A DNA stretch of 64,000 nt from Thermodesulfobacteriota bacterium (GTDB lineage Bacteria; Desulfobacterota; Binatia; Bin18), in NCBI GenBank assembly GCA_964291405.2, contig OZ219926.1:352001-416000 (forward strand). The letters run 5' to 3'. Shown in pieces: positions 36,693-47,275 of this stretch; positions within the stretch are counted from its first letter, which is position 1; the number at the start of each line of letters is the position of its first letter. A program made the position numbers and the translations under genes. The notes under the pieces are model-generated. The model made no database searches and had not been told where the DNA came from. It saw only the letters and a program-made list of their open reading frames with translations.

Positions 36693-37733
36693 TTAGGCCG
36701 CGGCCGGCTGCCAGGTCTGGCGTATGATCTGCAAGGCCTCGTCTATGTCCGCTTGTGATATGCCGTAGTGCGTCACCGCACGGAAGCGTTCGCCACCGAT
36801 ATCGCCGATTTTAACGCCGGCCTGTCCGAGCACCTCGGCAAAAGAACCGCCGTTGATGTGGGGTGTCGGCACGGAAAAGATCACAAGATTGGTCTGGACC
36901 GTCTCCAGATCAATATGCACACCGGGCAGTTCAGCCAGGCCCTCAGCCAGCCGCCGGGCAGTCTGGTGGTCTTCGGCCAGACGTTCGACCATCTGGTTCA
37001 AGGCCACGATTCCCGCCGCGGCAATGATACCCGCCTGGCGCATCCCGCCGCCGACCATTTTCCGATAACGCCGAGCCCGCCGGATAAACTCTTGACTCCC
37101 ACACACGAGAGAGCCGACCGGAGCGGACAGTCCTTTGGACAGGCAAAATTGGACCGAATCGACAGGCTGGGTTAAGGCAGGCACCTCACAGCCCAAAGCC
37201 ACTGCGGCATTAAAGATACGCGAGCCGTCAAGATGTACCGGCACGCCGACTGTATCGGCCAGCTTCCGGACAGAGCGAAGATACTCGACCGGCAGGACCG
37301 TCCCTCCGCAACGATTATGCGTGTTCTCCAAACAGATCAGACCCGGTGGGGCGTAGTGCTCATCAGGGGGATATATGGCCCGTTTGATATCCGGCAGGGC
37401 GAGTTCTCCCAAACGGCCCGTGGGCACGGTGTGAAAGGCCAGCCCGCCCAGAGCCGACGCTCCCCCGGCTTCGTATTTGAAAATATGGCACTGGTCGCCA
37501 AGAATGACGTCCTGTCCCCGGGTGCAGTGGCTCAGCAGGGAGACCAGATTTCCCATAGTTCCACTGGTCACCAGCACAGCGGCCTCTTTACCCATCTTTT
37601 CCGCGGCAAGCTCTTCCAGCCGATTGACAGTCGGGTCTTCGCCCATGACATCGTCACCCAGCTCGGCACGCGCAATGGCGTCGCGCATGGCAGGGCTTGG
37701 CAAGGTTACCGTATCGCTCCGAAGATCAATCAT
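36693..37733 (-). CDS. ltaE: Low-specificity L-threonine aldolase
   Basis: DLRSDTVT, ENTHN, CLSKGL and GGGMRQAG motifs. Confidence 0.93.
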   Translation of the reverse strand: MIDLRSDTVTLPSPAMRDAIARAELGDDVMGEDPTVNRLEELAAEKMGKEAAVLVTSGTMGNLVSLLSHCTRGQDVILGDQCHIFKYEAGGASALGGLAFHTVPTGRLGELALPDIKRAIYPPDEHYAPPGLICLENTHNRCGGTVLPVEYLRSVRKLADTVGVPVHLDGSRIFNAAVALGCEVPALTQPVDSVQFCLSKGLSAPVGSLVCGSQEFIRRARRYRKMVGGGMRQAGIIAAAGIVALNQMVERLAEDHQTARRLAEGLAELPGVHIDLETVQTNLVIFSVPTPHINGGSFAEVLGQAGVKIGDIGGERFRAVTHYGISQADIDEALQIIRQTWQPAAA

Positions 37734-37766
37734 CGTATATTCCTCACGTCCTCGGTCCACATTCGT

Positions 37767-38180
37767 TCATCGTCTGTGTAACCATTCAGTCTCACGGCGC
37801 TCACGCTTGGTCGGACGCCCACTGCCCCGTGACCGGAAAGACGGCTGGGCAAGGAAATCAAAGTCCGCGTCTTGCTGCGGCGAATGGTCCTCATACAGTA
37901 AGCGGGCTGCAGTTGCCGGGCCTCGCTTATCAGAGACCGCCAGTACCTTGAGCTTCTTGAGTCCATGCGGATGGGGGAACTCAATCATATCATCCACTCG
38001 AACCAGCTTATGCGGCTTTGCCGTATGCCCGTTGACCTCAACCTTCCCTCCCCCACAGGCTTCGGCCGCCAGCGAGCGGCTCTTATAAAACCGTGCGGCC
38101 CACAGCCAGCGGTCGGCCCGCACCGCAAGATCGCTAGGGTCAGGTGTCGAGTTTGTCGCTTTGTTTCCTTTTTTCTTCAT
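37767..38180 (-). CDS. hslR: S4-domain heat shock protein Hsp15
   Basis: RADRWLWAARFYKSRSLA and GRPTKRERR motifs. Confidence 0.9.
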   Translation of the reverse strand: MKKKGNKATNSTPDPSDLAVRADRWLWAARFYKSRSLAAEACGGGKVEVNGHTAKPHKLVRVDDMIEFPHPHGLKKLKVLAVSDKRGPATAARLLYEDHSPQQDADFDFLAQPSFRSRGSGRPTKRERRETEWLHRR

Positions 38181-38237
38181 ACAGACATTCCCCTCCTTGG
38201 AGGGGTGGCACGAAGCGTCGGGGTGGGTTCTTATCCC

Positions 38238-39209
38238 CTATCCGCCAAACGCATCCAGAACCGCGTTGACGCCCCGCTCATAATCGCCGTCAATCGCGGT
38301 CGGATACAGTATCACATATGACGCTCCAGCCCGCTCAAACTCGTCAAGCTTTTTCTGACAATCCTGCGGAGTACCCAGAGCGGCAACCTGTTCCGCCATT
38401 TCTTCGGATACAGCTTCGGCCGCCGCAGCCATGTCGTTCTTTTGGGCCGCCGCCATAATACCGGCAGCTTCTTTCTCAAAGCCCTGGCGAACAAAGAGCC
38501 GGTTGTAGTACGGCATGCGTCCGTAAAAAGACAAAGTTTGTCGCACGGAGCGGAGCGCAACCGCTTTATCTTCACACACACAACAGTGCATGATGAGCCC
38601 GATTTGGACATCCGTAGGTGAACGCCCAGCCTCTTGCGCGCCGGTCGCAATCCCCTCCACCACTTCGTGCAGCCCGTGCGGCGCGTAATTCAGCGGCAGG
38701 CTGCCATCGGCCAGCTCGCCGGTGAGGTGAATACTCTTGGGCGAAATACCGGCCAGATAAATGGGAATCTTGTTATCGGCTTTCATCGACGGCAGCCCAA
38801 GCGCCGCCGCAGCCTCATCTTTCCCGTCAAAGATGTTCCGCACCGCCTGTACATATTCCCGCAGGGCGGTCAAGGGTTTAGCCATATCTATACCGAACAT
38901 GCTGTTTAACGGGACATGACTGGTGCCCAGGCCGAGCAAGAGACGTCCCGGAGCAAGACGATCTACGGTCATGGCGTGCAGGGCCGCAATGAGCGGGTTA
39001 CGCAAATAGAGGTTGGTAATACCCGTGCCGACCTGGATTTCCGAGGTCACGGACGCCAGGTGCTGGGCGAGCGCCAAAGAGTCGGTAAACGATTCCGTCA
39101 CCAGAAAATTGCGCAGGCCACGCTCCTCTGCCTTTTTGACATAGGCGGTGTACTGATCCAAAGAACCTGGAGCCATATTGCTCATTATCAACATACCGGG
39201 AGTTGCCAT
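38238..39209 (-). CDS. Luciferase-like (LLM) flavin/F420-dependent oxidoreductase
   Basis: GRLLLGLG, PIYLAG and GELADG motifs. Confidence 0.88.
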   Translation of the reverse strand: MATPGMLIMSNMAPGSLDQYTAYVKKAEERGLRNFLVTESFTDSLALAQHLASVTSEIQVGTGITNLYLRNPLIAALHAMTVDRLAPGRLLLGLGTSHVPLNSMFGIDMAKPLTALREYVQAVRNIFDGKDEAAAALGLPSMKADNKIPIYLAGISPKSIHLTGELADGSLPLNYAPHGLHEVVEGIATGAQEAGRSPTDVQIGLIMHCCVCEDKAVALRSVRQTLSFYGRMPYYNRLFVRQGFEKEAAGIMAAAQKNDMAAAAEAVSEEMAEQVAALGTPQDCQKKLDEFERAGASYVILYPTAIDGDYERGVNAVLDAFGG

Positions 39210-39277
39210 ACCGAGTCCTCCTAAGGTGGGATCAACCCTTCAAATCACAAGCTATCGGGAGCCGCAATGGAATACGA

Positions 39278-40075
39278 CTATTCGTCAGAAAGGAGAGGCG
39301 GAGCGTTTTGCGCCAGCACGCCTAACTCTTCTTTGACCGCAACCCCACTCAGTTGTGCCCGCCGCATGAGTTCCGCCAGGCGCAGGATACGGTCTGCGGC
39401 TTCCTCAACCGCCACACCACGGGCATGAATGTTTGAGATCAGATTTCGCTCGGCGTCAGTATGGCCGCTCCGGGGACGATAGGCCATATATGCCGAGAGG
39501 CTCTCTGCGGTCAGCAGTCCCGGTCGTTCTCCAATGAGAAGAACCAGGACGGTTGGAGCAAGCAACTCGCCAATATCGTTCAGCACCCCGACGCGGCAGT
39601 AGCGGACAGCAAAGGGCCGCCCAAGGCGCCAGCCCCGTTTTTCCGCACCGGCATGGAGCAACGGCAATAGGGCGGGCACCTGTCTGACAACGGCAGCGAC
39701 CGAGAGTCCGTCACCGATCACAACCTGGAGATCGGCACCAACAGCGCAACGATTCATGATCTCCGCCTGGTCGTGCTCACTGATTCGGCGACCCAGGTCG
39801 GGTCGCATCAGGTATTCGGCTTTATTCCGCGCTTGGCTGGAGACGGTAAACATATCCCAGGCTTGTAGAAAGTCCAGCCCAAGACCTCGTTCCCAATCGA
39901 TATCGGTCTGCACCGCGTCCCTGGCTGAGGCATGGTCCGAACGCAGGCTGAGCTGCGTTTGCGTCCGATAAGCCGACCCGGACCGACCGGCAAATATCCG
40001 GGCTGGAGTCCGCGTCCGGATTGTAGCCAACGGGTCGTGAGTGTCCGATATTGCAGGTGTCTTCATTATTCTCAC
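39278..40075 (-). CDS. eutC: Ethanolamine ammonia-lyase small subunit
   Basis: TPARI, RPDLGR, DGLS, IGERPGL and RNLISNIH motifs. Confidence 0.93.
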   Translation of the reverse strand: MRIMKTPAISDTHDPLATIRTRTPARIFAGRSGSAYRTQTQLSLRSDHASARDAVQTDIDWERGLGLDFLQAWDMFTVSSQARNKAEYLMRPDLGRRISEHDQAEIMNRCAVGADLQVVIGDGLSVAAVVRQVPALLPLLHAGAEKRGWRLGRPFAVRYCRVGVLNDIGELLAPTVLVLLIGERPGLLTAESLSAYMAYRPRSGHTDAERNLISNIHARGVAVEEAADRILRLAELMRRAQLSGVAVKEELGVLAQNAPPLLSDE

Positions 40076-40077
40076 GG

Positions 40078-41478
40078 CTACGCAATCAGCTTGACCGTTT
40101 CTTCGAGACGTTGCCGAGCGGGACTCTCCGATGTCACCAGATTCCCGTTCCGCACGATGTCCATCCGCTCCAACCAGGCCAAAAATTCCGGGGCCGGCTG
40201 TAAACCAAAGAGTTGACGGGCGCCGAGTGCGTCGTGAAAACTGGTGGACTGATAGCTCAGCATCACATCATCAGCACACGGCACCCCCATAAAATAATTG
40301 CAGCCAGCCGCGGTTAATAGCAGCAGGAGATTATCCGCCGAGTTCTGGTCAGCCTGAGCGTGGTTGGTGTAACACACGTCACAACCCATGGGCAGTCCGA
40401 GCAGCTTACCCATGAAATGATCTTCCAAACCGGCCCGAACGATCTGGCGTTCATCATATAAGTACTCGGGGCCGATAAAGCCCACGACGGTATTGACAAG
40501 GAAGGGTGCAAACGCGCGGGCTACGCCGTAGGTTCGGGCTTCGAGCGTAAGTTGATCCACGCCGTGATGGGCATTGGCCGACAACGCACTCCCCTGCCCG
40601 GTTTCAAAATACATGACCGCATCACCCGCCCAGGCGACCTCACGACTTCGATGATGTTCGAGGACACGCTCACGGCCCTCACGCAGAATATTCAGATTGA
40701 TCCCAAAGCTCGTATTGGCGGCCTCCGTCCCGGCAAGAGACTGAAACAGCAGGTCCACGGGCGCGCCATGCTCAAGGCTGTCGAGCTGCGTGCTGATATG
40801 TGCCAGGCAGCACGATTGGGTTGGGATGTCATAGGCTTCAATCAGATGCTGAAGACCGTGCAGAATCTGGCTGACCGTTTCTACAGACTCGGTCGCCGGG
40901 TTCACGCCGATGACGGCATCTCCACACCCAAACAGCAAGCCATCAACCGCGGACAGGAGGATCCCACCGATATCATCGGCCGGATGATTGGGCTGCACCC
41001 GAATACCCAGGACGCCGGGCTGACCCATGGTATTGCGACAGCGCGTGATGTTACGGATTTTGCTGGCAGCCACAACCAAGTCTTTATTGCTCATCAGCTT
41101 TGTGACAGCCGCAGCGACCTCCGGGATAATGGCCCAGTGGAGCGCACCCAAACGAGCACCGTCCTGATCCTCGTCCAGCACATACTCGCGGAACTCGCCG
41201 ACCGTCAGATGGGCAAGCGGACGGAACGCCTCCTGGTCATGGGTCTCAAGAATCAGACGGCTCACTTCGTCTTGGACGGGCCCTATGAGGGGATTCGCCA
41301 CGATGTCCGACAACGGAATATCGGCCAACACCAGCTTGGCCGCAACCCGTTCCTGCTCGGAGGTGGCGGCAATCCCGGCTAACCGATCGCCCGACTTGTC
41401 TTCATTGGCCTTGGCAAGGACTTCACGCAGATCAGCAAAAGAAAAACGCTGGCCGCGAACGGTAGTAGAGTAGCTCAT
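40078..41478 (-). CDS. eutB: Ethanolamine ammonia-lyase large subunit
   Basis: QPNHP, YFETGQGS, VVGFIGPEYL and DVCYTNH motifs. Confidence 0.95.
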   Translation of the reverse strand: MSYSTTVRGQRFSFADLREVLAKANEDKSGDRLAGIAATSEQERVAAKLVLADIPLSDIVANPLIGPVQDEVSRLILETHDQEAFRPLAHLTVGEFREYVLDEDQDGARLGALHWAIIPEVAAAVTKLMSNKDLVVAASKIRNITRCRNTMGQPGVLGIRVQPNHPADDIGGILLSAVDGLLFGCGDAVIGVNPATESVETVSQILHGLQHLIEAYDIPTQSCCLAHISTQLDSLEHGAPVDLLFQSLAGTEAANTSFGINLNILREGRERVLEHHRSREVAWAGDAVMYFETGQGSALSANAHHGVDQLTLEARTYGVARAFAPFLVNTVVGFIGPEYLYDERQIVRAGLEDHFMGKLLGLPMGCDVCYTNHAQADQNSADNLLLLLTAAGCNYFMGVPCADDVMLSYQSTSFHDALGARQLFGLQPAPEFLAWLERMDIVRNGNLVTSESPARQRLEETVKLIA

Positions 41479-41498
41479 ACGACCCTACGTCCGACGTC

Positions 41499-43778
41499 TC
41501 ACACGACGGACTCTCCCAAGCGCATCGTCCGCAATCGTAGGGAATTCGTCAACACCGAGACCGAACTCAAGGCCATGGCGGACGCGGCAACCATGGGGTC
41601 GAGCAGAATGCCAAAGAACGGATAGAGCAGTCCGGCGGCAAGCGGAATACCCGCGGTATTATAGGCAAACGCCCAGAATAGATTCTGCCGAATGACCTGG
41701 ACGGTTCGCTGCGACAGGGCAATTGCCGTTGCCACGCCGCTTAATTCGCCACGCATTAGCGTAATATCGGCAGCCTCAAGGGCAATATCCGTCCCGGTAC
41801 CCACGGCAATACCAACCGTCGCTTGGGCCAGGGCTGGGGCGTCGTTGATTCCATCGCCGACCATGGCGACGGCAGCGCTGTTTTCTTGGAGGCGCGCAAT
41901 CTCGGCCGCCTTATCCCCGGGCAAGACTTCGGCCAATACCCGTGTAATACCGGCCTGGCGGGCAATTGCCTGGGCGGTGTGGCGGTTGTCTCCGGTCAGC
42001 ATGACCGTTTCGAGCCCCATCTGTTGAAGTCGGTGGACAGCCTCGGCAGCCTGAGGCTTGAGCGTATCGGCGACCGCAATCAGCCCGACGACGCGCCGGT
42101 TGACCGCCACATAGAGCGGTGTCTTCCCCTCACGCGAGAGGCGCTCGCCGTGTTCCAGCATATCGTCAGACTGGATACCACGCTGGGCGAGGAGCCGTCG
42201 GCTGCCCACCAGGACGAGTTTCCCATCGATCCGGGCTTCGACGCCGTGTCCGGCCAGCGCCACAAACGACTCGACCGGCCCGAGCGTCACCCCCTGCGCC
42301 TTGGCCTGTTGTACAACGGCCTGTCCCAGCGGATGCTCGCTGTGCCATTCCGCACGCGCGGCCACACACAGGACCTCTTTGCTGCTCAGCGTTGCCCGCT
42401 CGGGCAGCGTCTCGGACGGAACAACCTCAGTCACCGCGGGCTTTCCAGTCGTCAGGGTACCGGTTTTGTCAAAGACCACGGTGGTCAGGGTATGCGCCCG
42501 CTCCAATATCTCTCCGCCTTTAATGAGCACGCCGTACTCGGCCCCACGCCCGGTGCCAACCATGATGGCGGTCGGAGTGGCCAAGCCCAGCGAACATGGA
42601 CAGGCAATAATCAACACGGCCACAAAGGTCATGAGGGCAAAGGTGAGAGACGGGTTCGGTCCGAACATCAGCCAGAGACAAAACGTGACAACGGCAGTCG
42701 CAATAACCGCTGGCACAAAGTAGGCTGCAATTGTGTCGGCCAGGCGTTGAATCGGCGCTTTTGAGCCCTGGGCCTGACGGACGAGATCAATGATTCGAGC
42801 CAGGGCAGTCTCTTTGCCGACCTTGGTCGCCAGTACAGTCAGCGCTCCCATTGTGTTGAGCGTCGCCCCCGTCACGCTGTCTCCGGGCTCCTTTTCAACC
42901 GGCAGGCTTTCGCCGGTCAGCATGGATTCGTCAACCGCAGACGAGCCCGCTTGGACGATACCGTCGACAGGAAGGGACTCACCAGGCCGGACAAGAATCT
43001 GATCGCCAACCTGGACCTGCTCGACCGGAACGGTTTCTTGCTCCCCCTCCCCACGCAACACTGTCGCCGTTTTGGGTTGCAATTGGGCAAGCCGCCGAAC
43101 GGCTTCGGTCGCTCTTCTCTTCGCACGCGCTTCCAGCAAACGACCCAACAGGATCAGGGTAATAATCACCGCGGCAGTATCGAAATACATCTGGGGCTGC
43201 TGTCCGACTGCCACAAAAAAACCGGGAGCAAACACCGCCACCGTACTGTAGAGATAGGCCGCCGAGGTCCCGACCGCGATCAGGGTATTCATATCGCTGG
43301 AACCGTGCCGCGCCCTGGCCCAGGCATTTCGATAAAACTGTCCGCCGACCCAGAATTGGACAGGGGTGGTGAGGACGAACAGCCACAGAGGAGCGCCGAA
43401 TGGCAGGAAAGATAACAGCGGTGTCATGCTTCCCATCAGGATCACCACCGTCAACACGGCGCTGACGATCAGCTTCTTTTTCAGCAGGAGGTAGTCCTCC
43501 CGGTGCTGGCGCTCGATCTCCCCTTCGGCTATCTCCCCGCGTTCGACCATTTCAAAGCCGGTTGAGGCAACCGCCACGCCAATACCAGGCAGGCTGACTT
43601 GCCCGGGCAGATATTCCACCACGGCTTCTTCACTTGCCAGGTTGACACTCGCCCGTACGACACCCGGCGTTTGGGACAGAGCCCGTTCGACTTTGGCAAC
43701 GCACGCGGCACAGTGCATGCCGCGAATGCCGATACGAGTCAAAGTCGGGCTTTGTGTGGATTCAGCAACAGCCTCCAT
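41499..43778 (-). CDS. copA: Cu(I)-type P1B ATPase
   Basis: GMHCAAC HMA, CPC, DKTGT, SEHPL, GDGIND, YN and MALSS motifs. Confidence 0.93.
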   Translation of the reverse strand: MEAVAESTQSPTLTRIGIRGMHCAACVAKVERALSQTPGVVRASVNLASEEAVVEYLPGQVSLPGIGVAVASTGFEMVERGEIAEGEIERQHREDYLLLKKKLIVSAVLTVVILMGSMTPLLSFLPFGAPLWLFVLTTPVQFWVGGQFYRNAWARARHGSSDMNTLIAVGTSAAYLYSTVAVFAPGFFVAVGQQPQMYFDTAAVIITLILLGRLLEARAKRRATEAVRRLAQLQPKTATVLRGEGEQETVPVEQVQVGDQILVRPGESLPVDGIVQAGSSAVDESMLTGESLPVEKEPGDSVTGATLNTMGALTVLATKVGKETALARIIDLVRQAQGSKAPIQRLADTIAAYFVPAVIATAVVTFCLWLMFGPNPSLTFALMTFVAVLIIACPCSLGLATPTAIMVGTGRGAEYGVLIKGGEILERAHTLTTVVFDKTGTLTTGKPAVTEVVPSETLPERATLSSKEVLCVAARAEWHSEHPLGQAVVQQAKAQGVTLGPVESFVALAGHGVEARIDGKLVLVGSRRLLAQRGIQSDDMLEHGERLSREGKTPLYVAVNRRVVGLIAVADTLKPQAAEAVHRLQQMGLETVMLTGDNRHTAQAIARQAGITRVLAEVLPGDKAAEIARLQENSAAVAMVGDGINDAPALAQATVGIAVGTGTDIALEAADITLMRGELSGVATAIALSQRTVQVIRQNLFWAFAYNTAGIPLAAGLLYPFFGILLDPMVAASAMALSSVSVLTNSLRLRTMRLGESVV

Positions 43779-44189
43779 TCACTCGCCTTCCAGAGCATGC
43801 AAAATAGGACAGCCGTCGATTGAGCCCTTACCCTCACACAGGGCAGTCACGTGTGCCAAAGCGTCTCGCATTTCCGTAAGATGCTGAATCTTTGCCTCAA
43901 TGTCTTCTAATTTCGCCTCTGCCCGGGCTTTAATCGACGCGCGGCTCGTCTTAGGATTTTTACGGAGGAAGAGCAAGTCTGAAATCTCATTCAGCGAAAA
44001 ACCGAGCCTTTGGGCACGTTTAATAAAACGGACCTGTTGGATTGCCGTCTCAGGGTAGCGGCGATAGTTCGTCCTACTCCGCGGCGGTTTGGGTAGAATT
44101 CCTCGCCGTTCATAATAGCGCAGGGTTTCGATATTCACCTCCGCCTACTTTGCCACCTCACCTGTAGTTAATCCATTGATACCAGGCAT
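43779..44189 (-). pseudogene. MerR-family metal sensor (CueR/MerR-like) with an in-frame TAG at codon 15
   Basis: MPGINGLTTGEVAK*AEVNIETLRYYERRG...CEGKGSIDGCPIL; TAG at 44145-44147. Confidence 0.8.
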
Positions 44190-44211
44190 ACGGTCTCCTA
44201 TCTGTACAATA

Positions 44212-44243
44212 ACTATACACCCCGGATCCAGGTACGGAGTCAA
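44212..44243 (-). promoter_or_regulatory. MerR-type promoter/operator with a long spacer
   Basis: TTGACT-CCGTACCTGGATCCGGGGTG (20 bp)-TATAGT; the left arm TTGACTCCGTAC matches the classic mer operator-promoter. Confidence 0.75.
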
Positions 44244-44350
44244 GAGCGATTTTCGTTTCCTGCTGGACGCCAGATACGCCGGTGTGTTAGGGCGAAGAGA
44301 ATCCTCACCCCAGCCCTCGCTCTTGGGGAGAGGGAAATAAGGAGAACAGT

Positions 44351-45532
44351 ATGAATGCGAAGGCCGGCGCGCAGGAACGATTTACGCAAGCTCAAGATGA
44401 CCTGATTGCTCTGAGCCATCGTATTCACGCTCATCCAGAGCTCGGTTTTGAGGAGGAGAAAGCGTGTGCCTGGATTGCAGAAACGCTCAGCGACGCCGGC
44501 TTTCGCGTAGAAACCGGCATTTGTGGCCTGCCGACCGCTTTTGTGGCACGCGCCGGCAGCGGACCGTTGCATATTACCATCTGCGCTGAATACGACTGCT
44601 TGCCCGGTATCGGCCATGCCTGCGGTCATAATATTATCGCCGCATCCGCGGTGGGCGCCGGGATTGCCGCGGCTCAGGTGGCGGACGAGGTAGGGCTGAC
44701 CGTGAGTGTGCTCGGGACACCCGCCGAAGAAGCGGGAGACGCTGGGGGAAAGATTCTCCTCTTGGAACGGGAGGCATTCACAGATGCTCATGCCGCCATG
44801 ATGGTCCACCCGGCTCCTATGGATGTGGTTGATCCAGCCATTATCGCCTGCTCCATGTTTCACGTGCATTATACGGGCAAGGCGGCCCACGCTTCTGCTT
44901 TTCCCGAACACGGCATCAATGCGGCTGACGCCTTAACAGTGGCACAAACGGCCATTGGTCTTCTGCGGCAGCACATCCGCTCAACGGATCGCATTCACGG
45001 TATTATCACCCAGGGTGGAGACGCTCCCAACATCATTCCCGCTCATACCGAGGCCAAGTATATTGTCCGGGCCAAGACCCTGGACGATCTGGATACTATC
45101 AAAGAAAAAGTTCAGCGCTGTTTTGAAGCGGGTGCCCTGGCAACCGGCGCAACGCTCGAAATCGTTGGCGGAGACAAGCCCTATGCGGAGCACCGCTCCG
45201 ATATGGAGATCGCGAATCTGTACGAACGGAACGCGGAAGCGCTCGGGCGCGTTTTTCCAGAACGCGGTCCGGCAATTGAACGCGCGGCGGGTTCAACGGA
45301 TATGGGCAATGTGTCTCTGGCCCTCCCCTCGATCCATCCATTTATCGGGATTGACTCGTTGCCGGCGGTGAATCACCAACCCGAATTCACTGCGCACTGC
45401 GTAACCCAGGCTGCGGACAAAGCCTTAATCGACGGAGCCCTGTCCATGGCCTGGACGGCCATTGATATGGCGACAGATGAGCGGATACGTGACCGACTGA
45501 TACAGCGAAAAGCCGCTGAGGCGACCGCCTAG
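44351..45532 (+). CDS. M20D amidohydrolase, paralog 1
   Basis: PELGFEE, GHACGHN, GTPAEE, AHAS and GSTDMGNVS motifs. Confidence 0.9.
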   Translation: MNAKAGAQERFTQAQDDLIALSHRIHAHPELGFEEEKACAWIAETLSDAGFRVETGICGLPTAFVARAGSGPLHITICAEYDCLPGIGHACGHNIIAASAVGAGIAAAQVADEVGLTVSVLGTPAEEAGDAGGKILLLEREAFTDAHAAMMVHPAPMDVVDPAIIACSMFHVHYTGKAAHASAFPEHGINAADALTVAQTAIGLLRQHIRSTDRIHGIITQGGDAPNIIPAHTEAKYIVRAKTLDDLDTIKEKVQRCFEAGALATGATLEIVGGDKPYAEHRSDMEIANLYERNAEALGRVFPERGPAIERAAGSTDMGNVSLALPSIHPFIGIDSLPAVNHQPEFTAHCVTQAADKALIDGALSMAWTAIDMATDERIRDRLIQRKAAEATA

Positions 45533-45536
45533 GGTA

Positions 45537-45929
45537 TTATCCTCCCAAGATGGCAAAGCCCAGCAGCGCCACGGCGAAGTAGGCGGCGATCACTGCCGCA
45601 CCAGCGTAATCTTGGGCCAAGCGTTGACCGAAGAACAGGCACAGCAACGAGACGGTTGAGAATACCAGTCCCAACACGGCCAGGCTCGTTCCCATACCGA
45701 GCAGGATCATCAGCGCGCCAAGGCCGCTCAATACGCCGGCCAGCGATTCGAGGACCGTGATGGTCCAGAACATCGCCGGAACCATGGCGGCCAGCGGACT
45801 ATTGGAAAAATGGCCGCTGAAAAACTCGATATTCCCCGCGCGATCCAGCCACTTATCGGCTGCCGATTGTAAAAAAGCGATGGCAAAAAAGACCGAAACA
45901 GCGAGTTGTCCACACCAGACGGTATCCAT
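45537..45929 (-). CDS. DoxX-like membrane protein
   Basis: FLQSAADK and LFFGQRLAQDYAGA motifs. Confidence 0.8.
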   Translation of the reverse strand: MDTVWCGQLAVSVFFAIAFLQSAADKWLDRAGNIEFFSGHFSNSPLAAMVPAMFWTITVLESLAGVLSGLGALMILLGMGTSLAVLGLVFSTVSLLCLFFGQRLAQDYAGAAVIAAYFAVALLGFAILGG

Positions 45930-46068
45930 ACAATCCTCCTTCTTCTTTCTCGCTTTCACAGACGCCCTGCCTTCATGTACCACGTTCTTTCGTCGATTTG
46001 GAAGGATATTTTCTCCTGGACGCCGCGGCAGGACGTGTGGTAAGGCAGGAAGGGAAAAAGGAGTGCCC

Positions 46069-47244
46069 ATGGATGCCAAGGCTGGAGCCCAGGAACGATT
46101 TGACCAGGCACGAGACGATCTCATTGCCCTGAGTCACCGGATTCACGCCAACCCCGAGTTGGGCTTTGAAGAAGAAAAGGCGGCCCACTGGCTGTCAGAA
46201 ACGCTGGTCGACGCGGGATTCTCGGTTGAAACGGGCATCTGCGATCTTCCGACCGCGTTCATAGCCCGGGCCGGAAGCGGACCGCTGCATATCGGCCTCT
46301 GTGCGGAATATGACAGCCTACCTGGGATCGGCCATGCCTGTGGTCATAATATTATTGCCGCAGCGTCGGTTGGGGCCGGAATTGCTGCGGCAAAAATTGC
46401 GGATGAGGTAGGTCTGACCGTAAGCGTGATCGGCACTCCGGCAGAAGAAGTATGTGATGCCGGAGGGAAAATCCTCTTGCTCGAACGCGGCGCGTTCGAG
46501 GGCATGCACGCGGCGATGATGGTCCATCCCGCGCCAAAGGACGTGGTTGAATTCCCCATTATTGCCGCCTCCATGTTTGAGGTATGCTATCACGGTAAAG
46601 AAGCGCACGCCTCAGCCTTTCCCGAACGCGGCATTAATGCTGCGGATGCCCTGACTGTCGCCCAAACGGCCATTGGTCTACTCCGCCAACACATCCACTC
46701 TACGGATCGGATTCATGGCATGATTACCAAAGGGGGTGACGCGCCCAACATCATCCCCGCCCACACGGTGGCGAAGTATATTGTCCGGGCGAACACCCTG
46801 GCAGACCTTGATGAGATCAAACAGAAGGTTGTCAGGTGCTTTGAAGCGGGCGCGCTGGCAACCGGCTCCAAGCTCGAAATCCACGGCGGTGAAAAACCGT
46901 ATGCGGAGATGTTGCACGACCCGGATATAGCCGCGGCCTATCGTCAGAATGCCGAAGCGCTGGGCCGGGTTTTTCCAACCCTTGATCCGTCCCTCAAACG
47001 CGCGGCGGGCTCAACGGATATGGGCAATGTCTCCCTTGCCATGCCCGCCATTCACCCCGCCATTGGTATTGATTCGCTGCCCGCCGTCAACCATCAGCCC
47101 GAGTTTACCGCTCACTGCGTAACCGAAGCTGCGGATAAGGCCATTATTGACGGAGCCCTGTCACTGGCCTGGACCGCAGTTGATATGGCGATAAATGTGG
47201 AGGTCCGAGATCGGCTCTTAGACCGCGTTATGAAGGTCGAGTGA
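46069..47244 (+). CDS. M20D amidohydrolase, paralog 2
   Basis: Closely similar to 44351..45532; AAGGAG RBS before ATG 46069. Confidence 0.9.
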   Translation: MDAKAGAQERFDQARDDLIALSHRIHANPELGFEEEKAAHWLSETLVDAGFSVETGICDLPTAFIARAGSGPLHIGLCAEYDSLPGIGHACGHNIIAAASVGAGIAAAKIADEVGLTVSVIGTPAEEVCDAGGKILLLERGAFEGMHAAMMVHPAPKDVVEFPIIAASMFEVCYHGKEAHASAFPERGINAADALTVAQTAIGLLRQHIHSTDRIHGMITKGGDAPNIIPAHTVAKYIVRANTLADLDEIKQKVVRCFEAGALATGSKLEIHGGEKPYAEMLHDPDIAAAYRQNAEALGRVFPTLDPSLKRAAGSTDMGNVSLAMPAIHPAIGIDSLPAVNHQPEFTAHCVTEAADKAIIDGALSLAWTAVDMAINVEVRDRLLDRVMKVE

Positions 47245-47275
47245 GGTCGCCGGCCTGAGGCCCCTGCCCTACGCG

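Noticed and set aside
44145-44147. Pyrrolysine or amber read-through in the MerR regulator
   Set aside because: The position is a non-catalytic HTH residue (Gln expected), there are no pyl genes in view, and TAG is used as a normal stop throughout the window.
45757-46124. Overlapping N-terminal extensions of the DoxX-like gene and M20 paralog 2
   Set aside because: Both have better starts with RBSs (45929, 46069); paralog 1 confirms the M20 start.
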